Below, one piece after another: positions 1 through 9,081 of a stretch of 64,000 nucleotides of DNA. The position numbers and the translations under genes are program-made. Within the stretch, counting starts at the first letter, position 1; every line of letters begins with the position of its first letter. Under the pieces are notes generated by a model. That model did no database searches and was not told where the DNA came from. It was given only the letters and a program-made list of their open reading frames with translations. This DNA is from an uncultured Gemmatimonadaceae bacterium. GTDB taxonomy: Bacteria; Gemmatimonadota; Gemmatimonadetes; Gemmatimonadales; Gemmatimonadaceae. Location of the stretch: NCBI GenBank assembly GCA_963822945.1, contig CAWGJO010000020.1, positions 608,001 to 672,000 on the forward strand, in the 5' to 3' direction.

Positions 1-799
1 GGCTCACCTCACCCAGCGTGACGACCGCCGTGTCTCCGTCGGCGGCGGCGGCGGCAAACCCGGCTCGCCCCACGAACTTCGCCACCACGTACGACGCCGG
101 CGCCTGGTACAGCTCTTCGGGACTGCCCACCTGCTCCAGGCGGCCGGCGCAGAGCATCGCCACCCGGTCCGCCACGGCGAACGCATCCTCCTGATCGTGC
201 GTCACGAACATGACCGTGATGTGCAGCCGGTGCAGCATCTCGCGTAGTTCGTCGCGGGTGGTCTGGCGCAGCGTGGGATCGAGATTCGACAGCGGCTCGT
301 CGAGCAGCAGCACGTTGGGTTCGATCACCAGAGCCCGCGCCAGGGCGACGCGCTGCTGCTCCCCGCCCGACAGCGCCTGCACGGCGCGCGGGCCGTAGCC
401 GTCGAGACCCACGCTGCGGAGCGCGGCGGCGGCGTGCGCCATCCGTTCCGCCTTCGGTACCCGGCGTGCCTCGAGTCCGAAGGCGACGTTCTCCTGCACC
501 GTCATGTGCGGGAAGAGCGCGTAGTGCTGGAACACCATCCCGAAGCCGCGCCTCTGCGGCGGCTCCCGCGTGATGTCGCGTTCGACGCCGGCGGCGCTCA
601 CGAGCGCGATGCGGCCCCCGTCGGGCGGTTCGTAGCCCGCGATCATGCGGAGCGTGGTGGTCTTCCCCGATCCCGACGCGCCGATGAGGGCCATCAGCTC
701 CCCCGGCCGCACGTCGAGCGAGAGTTCCTCGACGCCGCGTCCGGATCCTTCGTAGCGGCGCGACACCCCGGCGAGGCGAAGCCCGCTCGGGTCGCTCAC
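1..799 (-). CDS. ABC transporter ATP-binding subunit, PotA/FbpC type (3' end runs off the window)
   Basis: Manual translation from GTG at 799, which overlaps the upstream stop as GTGA: Walker A GASGSGKTT, GMVFQHYALFPHMTV, LSGGEQQRVALARAL, LLLDEPLSNLD, VTHDQ. Absent from the ORF track because there is no stop in the window. Confidence 0.9.
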   Translation of the reverse strand, partial: MSDPSGLRLAGVSRRYEGSGRGVEELSLDVRPGELMALIGASGSGKTTTLRMIAGYEPPDGGRIALVSAAGVERDITREPPQRRGFGMVFQHYALFPHMTVQENVAFGLEARRVPKAERMAHAAAALRSVGLDGYGPRAVQALSGGEQQRVALARALVIEPNVLLLDEPLSNLDPTLRQTTRDELREMLHRLHITVMFVTHDQEDAFAVADRVAMLCAGRLEQVGSPEELYQAPASYVVAKFVGRAGFAAAAADGDTAVVTLGEVS

Positions 800-1845
800 T
801 TGCCGCGCTCGCTGTTCCGGATGTTGGCGTCCCAGTACTTCATCCAGGTGTCGGTGCTGTCCACCAGCATCTGCCGGTCGATCTGCATCGGCTTGATCTT
901 CGCGCGCGCTTCGCGAATCCAGTCGGGTAGCGAGTCGGCCGGAATGTCCGTGCGCACCGGGATCCGCACGAACCGGCGCGCCGCTTCGAGCAGCGCGGCC
1001 TGCGTGGTCACGAATTCGTAGAACTCACGCGCCAGCTTCGGGTGTTTGGTGCCCTTCACGATCGCGATCGCATCCACCAGCATCGGCGTACCGCTCTTCG
1101 GGATCACGTAGGCAAGCGGGAACTCCGACTTCTGCTTCAGCATCGCGATGTCGGGCATGTCCCAGAGGCTGATGAGCCCTTCCTGTCGCCCCAGCTTCTG
1201 GTAGAGCAGCGTCGGGTTGAGCGCGTACTCGCTCGTCTGCCCGTCCAGCCGCCGCAGCCAGTCCCACCCGGCCTTTTCCGAACCGGTCTGCGCAATGGAG
1301 CGGGCCACGATGGAGCTGAAGATGGCGCGCATCGACCCCGACGCGATCGGATCGCGGATGATGACCTTGCCCTTCCACTTCGGATCGAGCACGTCGTCCC
1401 AATCCTGCGGGGCGTCGGCCGCCGAGACGGCCTGCGAATTGTACGTGATGACTTCCGGCGTGAGATACGTGCCGTACCACAGATCGTGCGGATCGTGCGC
1501 CTCGGCGGGCACGTCGGCGGCCCACGTGGGCTTGTAGGGGGCCAGCAGTCCCTCTCTCGCCGCCCGCGTGAACGTCTCCGAGGGAGCGCCGAACCAGACA
1601 TCGGCCTGCGGATTGGCCTTCTCCGACCGCAGCCGGTCGAGCACGTCCTGGGACCCCATGTCCACCCACTGGACGTCGACGTCGGGGTGCACCGCCTCGA
1701 ATGCCTTCTGATAGAAGGTCAGCAGATCCTTGCCGTGCGGCGAGTACACCACCAGGGGCGTGCGCGAATCGCGCGCGCAGGCGGCGAGCGACACCGCGAG
1801 CGCGGTCGTGGCCAACCGGCGCAACGCAACGAATGAGAAGCGCAT
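796..1845 (-). CDS. ABC transporter substrate-binding lipoprotein (Fe3+/polyamine/thiamine-like SBP)
   Basis: ATG at 1845 overlaps the upstream TGA. Signal peptide with lipobox LAAC; motifs LVVYSPH, EKANPQADVWFG, PQDWDDVLDPKWKGK. Confidence 0.85.
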   Translation of the reverse strand: MRFSFVALRRLATTALAVSLAACARDSRTPLVVYSPHGKDLLTFYQKAFEAVHPDVDVQWVDMGSQDVLDRLRSEKANPQADVWFGAPSETFTRAAREGLLAPYKPTWAADVPAEAHDPHDLWYGTYLTPEVITYNSQAVSAADAPQDWDDVLDPKWKGKVIIRDPIASGSMRAIFSSIVARSIAQTGSEKAGWDWLRRLDGQTSEYALNPTLLYQKLGRQEGLISLWDMPDIAMLKQKSEFPLAYVIPKSGTPMLVDAIAIVKGTKHPKLAREFYEFVTTQAALLEAARRFVRIPVRTDIPADSLPDWIREARAKIKPMQIDRQMLVDSTDTWMKYWDANIRNSERGK

Positions 1846-4475
1846 CAGGGTACCGGCCGGCCGGCGCCCGAAGACGCCGCGTTCTGTTTGGCGGAGAGAA
1901 TGTTCACGAACAACCGGGCGGCGCCCGGATTGCCGGCCGGGAGCTGGCGGAAGAAGGTCAGCGTCACGTACTCGAACGTGCCCTTGCCCAGCGGCGCGAT
2001 CAGGATGCCTGCATCGTTCGGCGGCTCGCCGGTGTCGTGCATCGACAGGATCGCGTGGTAGTGATCGTCGAAGGTGTGCGGCATGTACGTCGACCGCTCC
2101 TGCACCCAATCGGCGAAGTCGGCCTGCGTGATCTTGTTCGGTGTGTTGAGAATGGGCGACGACGGGTCGAGAATCGTGACGGCCGCGTCCTCCTCCGTCA
2201 CGCGATTGGCCGGCCGCGAGATGGTGATCGGATAGGGCAGCAGTCCGTCGCGCGCCATTTCATACTGACCATACTGTTCCACCAGCGTGCCGCCGGCGCG
2301 CGCGTACTCGAGCAGCCGGTCGTTGTTGGCGCGCAGCACCTCGCTCGCGTCGAAGGCCCGCGGCCCGACCACCACCGCCGAGTATTTGGACAGATCCGCA
2401 TGCGCCAGCTGCTCCGGCGTGATGGTGGTGACCGAGAGGCCGAGCTCCTCCAGCATCGGCTCCACGTTGTCACCCACGCCCGGGATGTACGCGATGTGCA
2501 TGCCGGGCGCGTAGGCCACGTTCACAGCCTCCACGTTGACCGCCGCCCGGCGGTACTCGCGCCGCGTGCGGATGTGCGGATAGTCCACGGCCACGAAGCC
2601 GGTGGTGAAGGTCTGGCCGTCGCTCGTGGCGGAAGCCGAGATGGTATGGGTGCCGGGTGTCAGCGTCCCGTGCACGTGGAAGTCGAGTTCCACCTCCTCA
2701 CCCGTGTTGAGCGTCACGGTGCGTGTGGCACTGTCGGCCGTGAGACCGGCGGGGAGTGACAACCGCACGGTGACGGTCCGCGACGACGATGCGTCGGCGC
2801 GCACGTGCACCCGTTCCACGCGGTCCAGCGGCGCGTTGGCACGGGCATACTCCACCTGGCGGTCCAGCAACAGGCTCACCGGCGGCACGAAGGCGATCGG
2901 CTTGTCCACCTCGCCCGTGGCCGGATCGGCGTACCGATGGACGATGGGCGAGATATCGGCCAGGAACCGCGTGCCGGCGATCTCGAGACCGACGTGGACG
3001 CCGGAGCTCTGAACCCGGTCGGCGCCCTCGAGCAGCTGCGGCACCGGCGTGCCGCTGGTGTCGCCGGGCGGGCGCAGACGGAACATGTCGTGTTCCAGGG
3101 GATAGCGGAGCCACCAGGCCTGGGTCGGCTCACCGGTGGGCGACAGCGTGTACGTCTGTTCGGTCATCCCGCCCGGCGGGATGGTCTCCGGAGCGGCCGA
3201 GTCGTCGCGGCCGAAGAACGTCACCGGCGCGGGCCCGTGATCGACCACGGTGATCGTCACCGGCGCATGATCACCGAGGGCGATCAGATCGCGCGGCGCG
3301 GTGGCCAGCAGCTGCACGCCCGAGGCGAGAATCAGCGCTCGCCTGGCGCGCCGCGCCTGTTCGTTCATCGTCGTGGCGAAGTCACCCATGGCGCCGGAGC
3401 ACACGGGCACCGGCAGGGCGGGCGTGTCGCAGCGTGCTGCCCCCGTCTGCGCCCGCTGCACGAGCGCCAGGTAGTGGGCGATGGGCGCCACCATATCCGC
3501 CGGATGCACCAGGCTCATGTGGCGGGCGATGTCGGCGCGCACGAGGTCCAGCGAGTCGACCGCGGCGCGCACCGGCGCCGACAGCGGCAGCGCGTGGAAC
3601 CGCGCGAAACTCGTGTCCATGCCCGGGAAGAGCGTCGTCGGGTTGCCGCTGTCGGCGGGCGGCACCGCAACCTCGAGCCGCACGTGGTCCAGACGCGGCC
3701 CGAGCGGCGCTTCGTTGCCCTGCCCCTGTGAACGGTGCTGCGACCGGCTCTCGGCGGCGATCGCCGTGTACGTGCGGCCCTGGAGCACGTCATAGCCGCC
3801 GACGTCGAACGGCACGGCGCCCGGCATCGGACCGCTCGGGCCGCGGAAGCGGCGCGCCGAGCGATAGAACACCTCCGGCTGCCAGGCGCCCATGCCGTTC
3901 GTGACCGCCCGCGGGAAGCGCACGGTGTCGGCCGCTTCGTCGAACGCGATGCGCGACAGAATGCCGGATACCTGATGGTGCCCGTGTCCGTCGCGCGGCG
4001 TGCCCGACCACACCGAGATGATTACCTGCGGCCGGAAGGCGCGAATCACGCTGATCATGTCGCGGAGGATCGAATCGCGCGGCCAGTGCTTGAAGGTCTC
4101 GGCGGCGGTCTTCGAGAATCCGAAGTCGTAGGCGCGCGTGAAGTACTGCCGGCCGCCGTCGATGCGCCGCGCCGCCAGGAGTTCCTCGGTGCGGATCATG
4201 CCGAGCAGCGGGCCCAGCTCATTGCCGATCAGGTTCTGGCCGCCGTCGCCGCGCGTGAGCGAGAGATAGGCCGTCTCGATGTGCCGGCCCTTGGCCAGGT
4301 AGGTGATCAACTGGGTGTCTTCGTCGTCGGGGTGGGCGCCGATCATCAGGACGCGCACCGAGACGCCGAGGCCTTCTACCGCCTCGCCCAGCGCGGCGGC
4401 GCCGCGCCCCTGGGCCGGCAGCATGCTCGGCGCGACGACGAGAGCTGCGACGAGAACGATGAACCGAGTTCGCAC
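1845..4475 (-). CDS. Secreted PIG-L/LmbE family deacetylase with C-terminal Ig-like and glutamine-amidotransferase-like domains
   Basis: Signal peptide; AHPDDED, TRGDGGQN, RTEELLAAR and HGHH motifs; 876 aa. Confidence 0.85.
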   Translation of the reverse strand: MRTRFIVLVAALVVAPSMLPAQGRGAAALGEAVEGLGVSVRVLMIGAHPDDEDTQLITYLAKGRHIETAYLSLTRGDGGQNLIGNELGPLLGMIRTEELLAARRIDGGRQYFTRAYDFGFSKTAAETFKHWPRDSILRDMISVIRAFRPQVIISVWSGTPRDGHGHHQVSGILSRIAFDEAADTVRFPRAVTNGMGAWQPEVFYRSARRFRGPSGPMPGAVPFDVGGYDVLQGRTYTAIAAESRSQHRSQGQGNEAPLGPRLDHVRLEVAVPPADSGNPTTLFPGMDTSFARFHALPLSAPVRAAVDSLDLVRADIARHMSLVHPADMVAPIAHYLALVQRAQTGAARCDTPALPVPVCSGAMGDFATTMNEQARRARRALILASGVQLLATAPRDLIALGDHAPVTITVVDHGPAPVTFFGRDDSAAPETIPPGGMTEQTYTLSPTGEPTQAWWLRYPLEHDMFRLRPPGDTSGTPVPQLLEGADRVQSSGVHVGLEIAGTRFLADISPIVHRYADPATGEVDKPIAFVPPVSLLLDRQVEYARANAPLDRVERVHVRADASSSRTVTVRLSLPAGLTADSATRTVTLNTGEEVELDFHVHGTLTPGTHTISASATSDGQTFTTGFVAVDYPHIRTRREYRRAAVNVEAVNVAYAPGMHIAYIPGVGDNVEPMLEELGLSVTTITPEQLAHADLSKYSAVVVGPRAFDASEVLRANNDRLLEYARAGGTLVEQYGQYEMARDGLLPYPITISRPANRVTEEDAAVTILDPSSPILNTPNKITQADFADWVQERSTYMPHTFDDHYHAILSMHDTGEPPNDAGILIAPLGKGTFEYVTLTFFRQLPAGNPGAARLFVNILSAKQNAASSGAGRPVP

Positions 4476-4540
4476 GCGACACTCACCGGGTGATGGGAAC
4501 GTTCACTCGAGCCGCGCGCCATCGGCGGGCGACCCTACGG

Positions 4541-7306
4541 TTAGACCTTCGCTGTCCTGCGGCGGGAGGACCCGGCGGGAGCGAGCGTGAGCGCGTCGCT
4601 CACGATGCGCGCCTGTTCCTCCGCATGTACCGATGGATAACCCTCGGCGGGGCTGGCGCGTTCCGGCCGGCCCACGTACCGCACCGGCAACTGCGTGCCC
4701 GTGGAGGCCCGCAACCGCGGTGAGACGTAGGTCCAGGCGCCCATGTTCCGCGGCTCCTCCTGCGCCCACACGACGTCTTCGATGTTGGGATACGCGTCGA
4801 CGATGCCGGCGATGGCCTCGTGGGGCCAGGGCGACAGTTCTTCCACGCGCACCAGCGCCACGCCAGGCTCGTCGCCCGCCTTGGATCGCGCCGCCAGCAT
4901 GTCGTAGTAGATCTTCCCCGTGCAGAACACGACGCGCCGGATCCGTTCGCGGTGCTCGGCGCCCGCCGGGTCATCGAGCACCGGCTGGAAGCGCCCGGCG
5001 CTCAATTCCTCCAGCGACGACATCGCGGCGGGCAGCCGCAGCAGCGACTTGGGCTGCATGACCACCAGCGGGCGGCGCACGCGGCGCATCGCCTGCCGTC
5101 TGAGGGCATGGAAGTACTGCGCCGGCGTGGACAGATACACCACCGACATGTTCTCCTCGGCCGTGAGCTGCAGGTAGCGCTCCAGCCGGGCGCTCGAGTG
5201 CTCGGGCCCCTGCCCCTCGTAGCCGTGCGGCAGGAGAATCACGAGTCCGGAGTCCTGTCCCCACTTGGAGTGGCTCGAGGAGAGGAACTGATCCACGATC
5301 GGCTGCGCGACGTTGGCGAAATCCCCGTATTGCGCTTCCCACAGCACCAGGTCGCCCACCGTCGCCGTGCTGAATCCGAACTCGAAGCCCATGACGGCGA
5401 GTTCGGACAGCGGGCTGTTGTAGATCTTGAACGGGGCCCGGCCCCGGGTCAGGTGCGCCAGCGGCGTGTAGGTCTCGCCGGTCTTCACGTCGTGCAGCAC
5501 GGCCTGGCGGTGCGAGAAGGTGCCGCGCTCCGCGTCCTGCCCGCTCATCCGCACCCCCATGCCGTCCTCCAGCAGCGAGGCGAACGCCAGCGACTCCCCG
5601 TGCCCCCAGTCGATCCCGCCCGCCTGCAGGCCGTCCCGCCGCCGGGCCAGCGTGCGCTGCAACGTCGGGTGGAGCGTGAACCCGTCGGGCCAGGTGAGCA
5701 TCTCGGTGTTGAGGGCGACCAGCCGCTCGGCGGCCACCTGCGTCTCCGGATGCTCCAAGCGGGGCGGATGCGCATCGGCCGGAGGCCCGCCGTCTTCCGC
5801 CTTCGCCTTCACCTGCTTGAAGACCTCGCCGAGTTCGTCGGCCACGGCCTTCGCCATCGCCTCCACTTCGGCCTCGGTGAGCACGCGCTCACGCACCAGC
5901 CGGGCGCCCCAGACTTCGCGCGCCGTCGGGTGCGTCTTGATGATGTCGTACATCGTCGGCTGCGTGAACGCCGGCTGGTCGGCTTCGTTGTGCCCGTGCC
6001 GCCGGTAGCCCACGAGGTCGATCAGGAAGTCCTTGTGGAACTGGTCGCGGTACATGAGCGCCAGCCGCACCGCCTGAATGCAGGCTTCGATGTCGTCGGC
6101 GTTCACGTGCACGATCGGCACTTCGAACCCCTTGGCCAGATCGCTCGCGTAGTGCGTGGAGCGTGCGTCGATGGGATCGGTGGTGAAACCGACCTGATTG
6201 TTCGTGATGATGTGGAGCGTACCGCCCACGCGATATCCACGCAGCAGCGCCAGATTGAACGTCTCGGCCACCACCCCTTCGCCAGGGAACGCCGCGTCGC
6301 CGTGGATGCAGATGGGGAGCACCAATTGCTCGTTGCGCTCGTACGGATTCGCGGGGTTCCGCTCCAGCGCACGCGCCGCGCCCATCATCACCGGATTCAC
6401 CAATTCCAGGTGGCTGGGATTGGGCACCAGTTCGAGGGCGAGCACCGCATCGTCCACCCGGCGCTCGGACCGATAACCGAGGTGGTATTTGACGTCGCCG
6501 GAGCGGTTGGGATCGGGCGAGACGCGTTCGCCCGCGAATTCGGCGAACAGGTCGCGGGCTGGCTTGTCCATGACGTGCCGCAGCACGTTGAGCCGCCCCC
6601 GGTGCGCCATGCCGAGTACCACCGTGCGCGCGCCGCTGCGCGCCGCGCGGGCGATGGTTTCGTCCACCATCGGCACCAGGGCGTCCACGCCCTCGATGGA
6701 GAACCGCTTGGCGTTGACGAACGCGAGGCCCAGGAACCGCTCGAAGCCCTCCACCTCGGAGAGCCGCCGCAGGAGCCCCTTCTTCTCGTCCGCCGACAGC
6801 GGCGTCATGAAGCTGCCGGTCTCGATCTGATGGCGGATCCACAGCCGCTCATGCTCGTCGCTGACGTGCACGAACTCGTAGGCGAGTCCACCCTGATACC
6901 AGGTGCGCCGCTTGGCGACGACGTCGGCCGCCGTGCCCTCCGTCTCGCGCAACGCCGTCGCCGGCACGTCGCGCAGGTCGGCCTCGGTGATGCCGTGATA
7001 TTCCGGCGTGAGTTCCGCCGCGCCGATGGGGGGTGAGCCGAGCGGATCGATGGGCACCGCGAAATGACCGTAGCGGCGAATCGCCGCCACCAGGGCGCCC
7101 GCTCCCGCGGCTTTGCGCAGCGTTTCGGCGTCGTACCCCCCGGCCGCCGGTGCCGCCGCCGCACCGCCCTTCAGCGACTCCGCAAATCGAAAGAACTGGC
7201 GCCAGGACTCATCCACCGACGCCGGATCACGGCGATACGCGTCGTACTGCTCGGCGATGTAGCCGTCGTTGAATGCACCGGAAATGGGAAGCCCGCTCAT
7301 GGGCAT
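4541..7306 (-). CDS. sucA: 2-oxoglutarate dehydrogenase E1 component
   Basis: KRFSIEG, GMAHRGRLN, GDVKYHLG, HGDAAFPGEG, RGTFSHR, LWEAQYGDFAN, PHGYEGQGPEHSSAR. Confidence 0.95.
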   Translation of the reverse strand: MPMSGLPISGAFNDGYIAEQYDAYRRDPASVDESWRQFFRFAESLKGGAAAAPAAGGYDAETLRKAAGAGALVAAIRRYGHFAVPIDPLGSPPIGAAELTPEYHGITEADLRDVPATALRETEGTAADVVAKRRTWYQGGLAYEFVHVSDEHERLWIRHQIETGSFMTPLSADEKKGLLRRLSEVEGFERFLGLAFVNAKRFSIEGVDALVPMVDETIARAARSGARTVVLGMAHRGRLNVLRHVMDKPARDLFAEFAGERVSPDPNRSGDVKYHLGYRSERRVDDAVLALELVPNPSHLELVNPVMMGAARALERNPANPYERNEQLVLPICIHGDAAFPGEGVVAETFNLALLRGYRVGGTLHIITNNQVGFTTDPIDARSTHYASDLAKGFEVPIVHVNADDIEACIQAVRLALMYRDQFHKDFLIDLVGYRRHGHNEADQPAFTQPTMYDIIKTHPTAREVWGARLVRERVLTEAEVEAMAKAVADELGEVFKQVKAKAEDGGPPADAHPPRLEHPETQVAAERLVALNTEMLTWPDGFTLHPTLQRTLARRRDGLQAGGIDWGHGESLAFASLLEDGMGVRMSGQDAERGTFSHRQAVLHDVKTGETYTPLAHLTRGRAPFKIYNSPLSELAVMGFEFGFSTATVGDLVLWEAQYGDFANVAQPIVDQFLSSSHSKWGQDSGLVILLPHGYEGQGPEHSSARLERYLQLTAEENMSVVYLSTPAQYFHALRRQAMRRVRRPLVVMQPKSLLRLPAAMSSLEELSAGRFQPVLDDPAGAEHRERIRRVVFCTGKIYYDMLAARSKAGDEPGVALVRVEELSPWPHEAIAGIVDAYPNIEDVVWAQEEPRNMGAWTYVSPRLRASTGTQLPVRYVGRPERASPAEGYPSVHAEEQARIVSDALTLAPAGSSRRRTAKV

Positions 7307-7342
7307 GAATCTAATCAGCGCCGAGTGTGGACCGTGAGGCGC

Positions 7343-8977
7343 TCAGATCGTCCACGCTGGCGCTTCTCGGGGCAGAACCAGGGTGAATGTGGAGCCGACG
7401 GTCGGCGCAGACTCGACCTCGATGCGTCCCCCGAGCATGCCGGCCAGCCGGCGACTGATGTAGAGCCCGAGCCCCGTGCCGCCGTACCGGCGCGTGAGCC
7501 CCGTCTCCACCTGCGCGAACGGCTGAAAGAGCCGCCGCAGATCCTCCGCCGTGATGCCGATGCCGGTGTCCTGCACGGAGAACCGCACTTCGTCCAGGTC
7601 GCGCGACACCGACAACCGCACCTCGCCGTGGTCCGTGAATTTCACGGCGTTCCCGGCCAGATTCACGAGTACCTGGCGCGCCTTGTCGATGTCGCTCGTC
7701 ATGCGAATGGGCTCCACCGACGACTCACAGATCACGGTCACCTGTTTGCGCCGCGACGCCGGTTCGACCACGGCCGCGGTGGCCACGACCAGATCACCGG
7801 CCAGAAAGTCGGTCGGCCGAACCGTCTCACGGCCGGCTTCGAGGCTCGTGTAGGCGAGCACTTCCTCGATCATCGACGACAGATGCTCCGTCACGGCTCC
7901 CATGCGGGCGATCACGTCGAGTTGGGCGTCCGAGAGCGGACCGATGACCTGATCGCTCAACAGCTCCTGGTACCCGGTGAGCGCGGTGAGCGGCGTGCGG
8001 AGTTCGTGCGAGATCGTGGCCAGGAACCGTCCCTTGGCGACGTCGCCGGCCTGGGCCTGCTCGTACAGCTGCTCCTTCCAGAGCGCGAGCGCCGCATGGT
8101 CGGCGATGACGCTCAGCCGTTGCGCCTCGCGGGCCGTAAACGGGATCGACAGCGCATCGCGCATGACCGCCAGCGTGCCGAGCACCTGGTCGTGCGCGAT
8201 GAGCGGCGCCATGAGCATCGGGCCGATCTGCGCTTCCCCCATCAGATGCGCCCGAGGCCGGCTCGAGTGTCCGAAGTCCTCCACCGCCGCCACTTCGCGC
8301 CGCGCGATGGCCTCCTGCGCCAGCGAGCCGGCCAGTGAGAACTTGAGGCCGTCCACCTTCCGGGCGATGCCCACCGCCGCCACGATCTCGGCTTCGGTGT
8401 CGGTGGTGCGGAGCACCGCCGCGCCGTGCCCGCGGCAGAGGCTGGCGGCCGCGTCGCACAACAGCGCCAACAGCTCCGCGGAGTCGGCGACCTCGGACAT
8501 CTGGCGGGCCAGTGCCCGGAGCGACTCGTTCTCCTCGATCCGTTCCTCGAGCGCCTTGTCCCGCGCGCTGCGCAGCATCGCGAATGCCCGCGACACCGCC
8601 ACCACGAGCCCACCCGCACGGTCGCGCGCCACACGGACGCCGTACGCCCGCAACTCACCGCTCACGTTGTGCTCGAGATCGAACCGCCGCGTCACGCCGT
8701 CGGCGGCCGAACTCCGGATCAGACTCGCGCCCGGTTCGACGAGAAATCCGGGATAGGCCATCCAGAAGTCACGGCCGAGCGCCTCGTGGTGCGGCACGCC
8801 CAGGATGCGCTCCCACGACGCGTTCATGTAGCGTACGCGCCAGTCGGCGTCGAGGACGGCCACGCCGTCGCCCAGGGCGTCCATCACCGCGCGGGCATCC
8901 ACCGCGTCGTCGGCCGGACTCACGCCCAGGTCGGCGGCCCCGGCGGGGGTCTCCAGGAAGTCTCCGGAACTGCTCAC
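7343..8977 (-). CDS. PAS/GAF sensor histidine kinase
   Basis: PAS-like N-terminus, GAF domain, H-box ISHELRTPL, NLAGNAVKFT, DTGIG, GGTGLGL. Start uncertain; GTG at 8977 chosen. Confidence 0.85.
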   Translation of the reverse strand: MSSSGDFLETPAGAADLGVSPADDAVDARAVMDALGDGVAVLDADWRVRYMNASWERILGVPHHEALGRDFWMAYPGFLVEPGASLIRSSAADGVTRRFDLEHNVSGELRAYGVRVARDRAGGLVVAVSRAFAMLRSARDKALEERIEENESLRALARQMSEVADSAELLALLCDAAASLCRGHGAAVLRTTDTEAEIVAAVGIARKVDGLKFSLAGSLAQEAIARREVAAVEDFGHSSRPRAHLMGEAQIGPMLMAPLIAHDQVLGTLAVMRDALSIPFTAREAQRLSVIADHAALALWKEQLYEQAQAGDVAKGRFLATISHELRTPLTALTGYQELLSDQVIGPLSDAQLDVIARMGAVTEHLSSMIEEVLAYTSLEAGRETVRPTDFLAGDLVVATAAVVEPASRRKQVTVICESSVEPIRMTSDIDKARQVLVNLAGNAVKFTDHGEVRLSVSRDLDEVRFSVQDTGIGITAEDLRRLFQPFAQVETGLTRRYGGTGLGLYISRRLAGMLGGRIEVESAPTVGSTFTLVLPREAPAWTI

Positions 8978-9081
8978 GGCAGAACACTGCCCAGGGCGGG
9001 ATCGTCCAGTCAAGCGCGCGCCTGAAACCGCGGGCCGCGGCGGGTCGTACGACGTCACGTCCGCCCGCCCCCGGGGAGCCC

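Noticed and set aside
4820..7036. Long antisense or alternate-frame ORFs (also 9283..11634, 11175..13607, 21078..23510, 55687..58155)
   Set aside because: Shadows of real genes in high-GC DNA; Arg/Ala/Gly-rich with no recognisable motifs.
4541..7306. sucA without adjacent sucB/lpd
   Set aside because: Dispersed dehydrogenase genes are common and the partners may lie outside the window.
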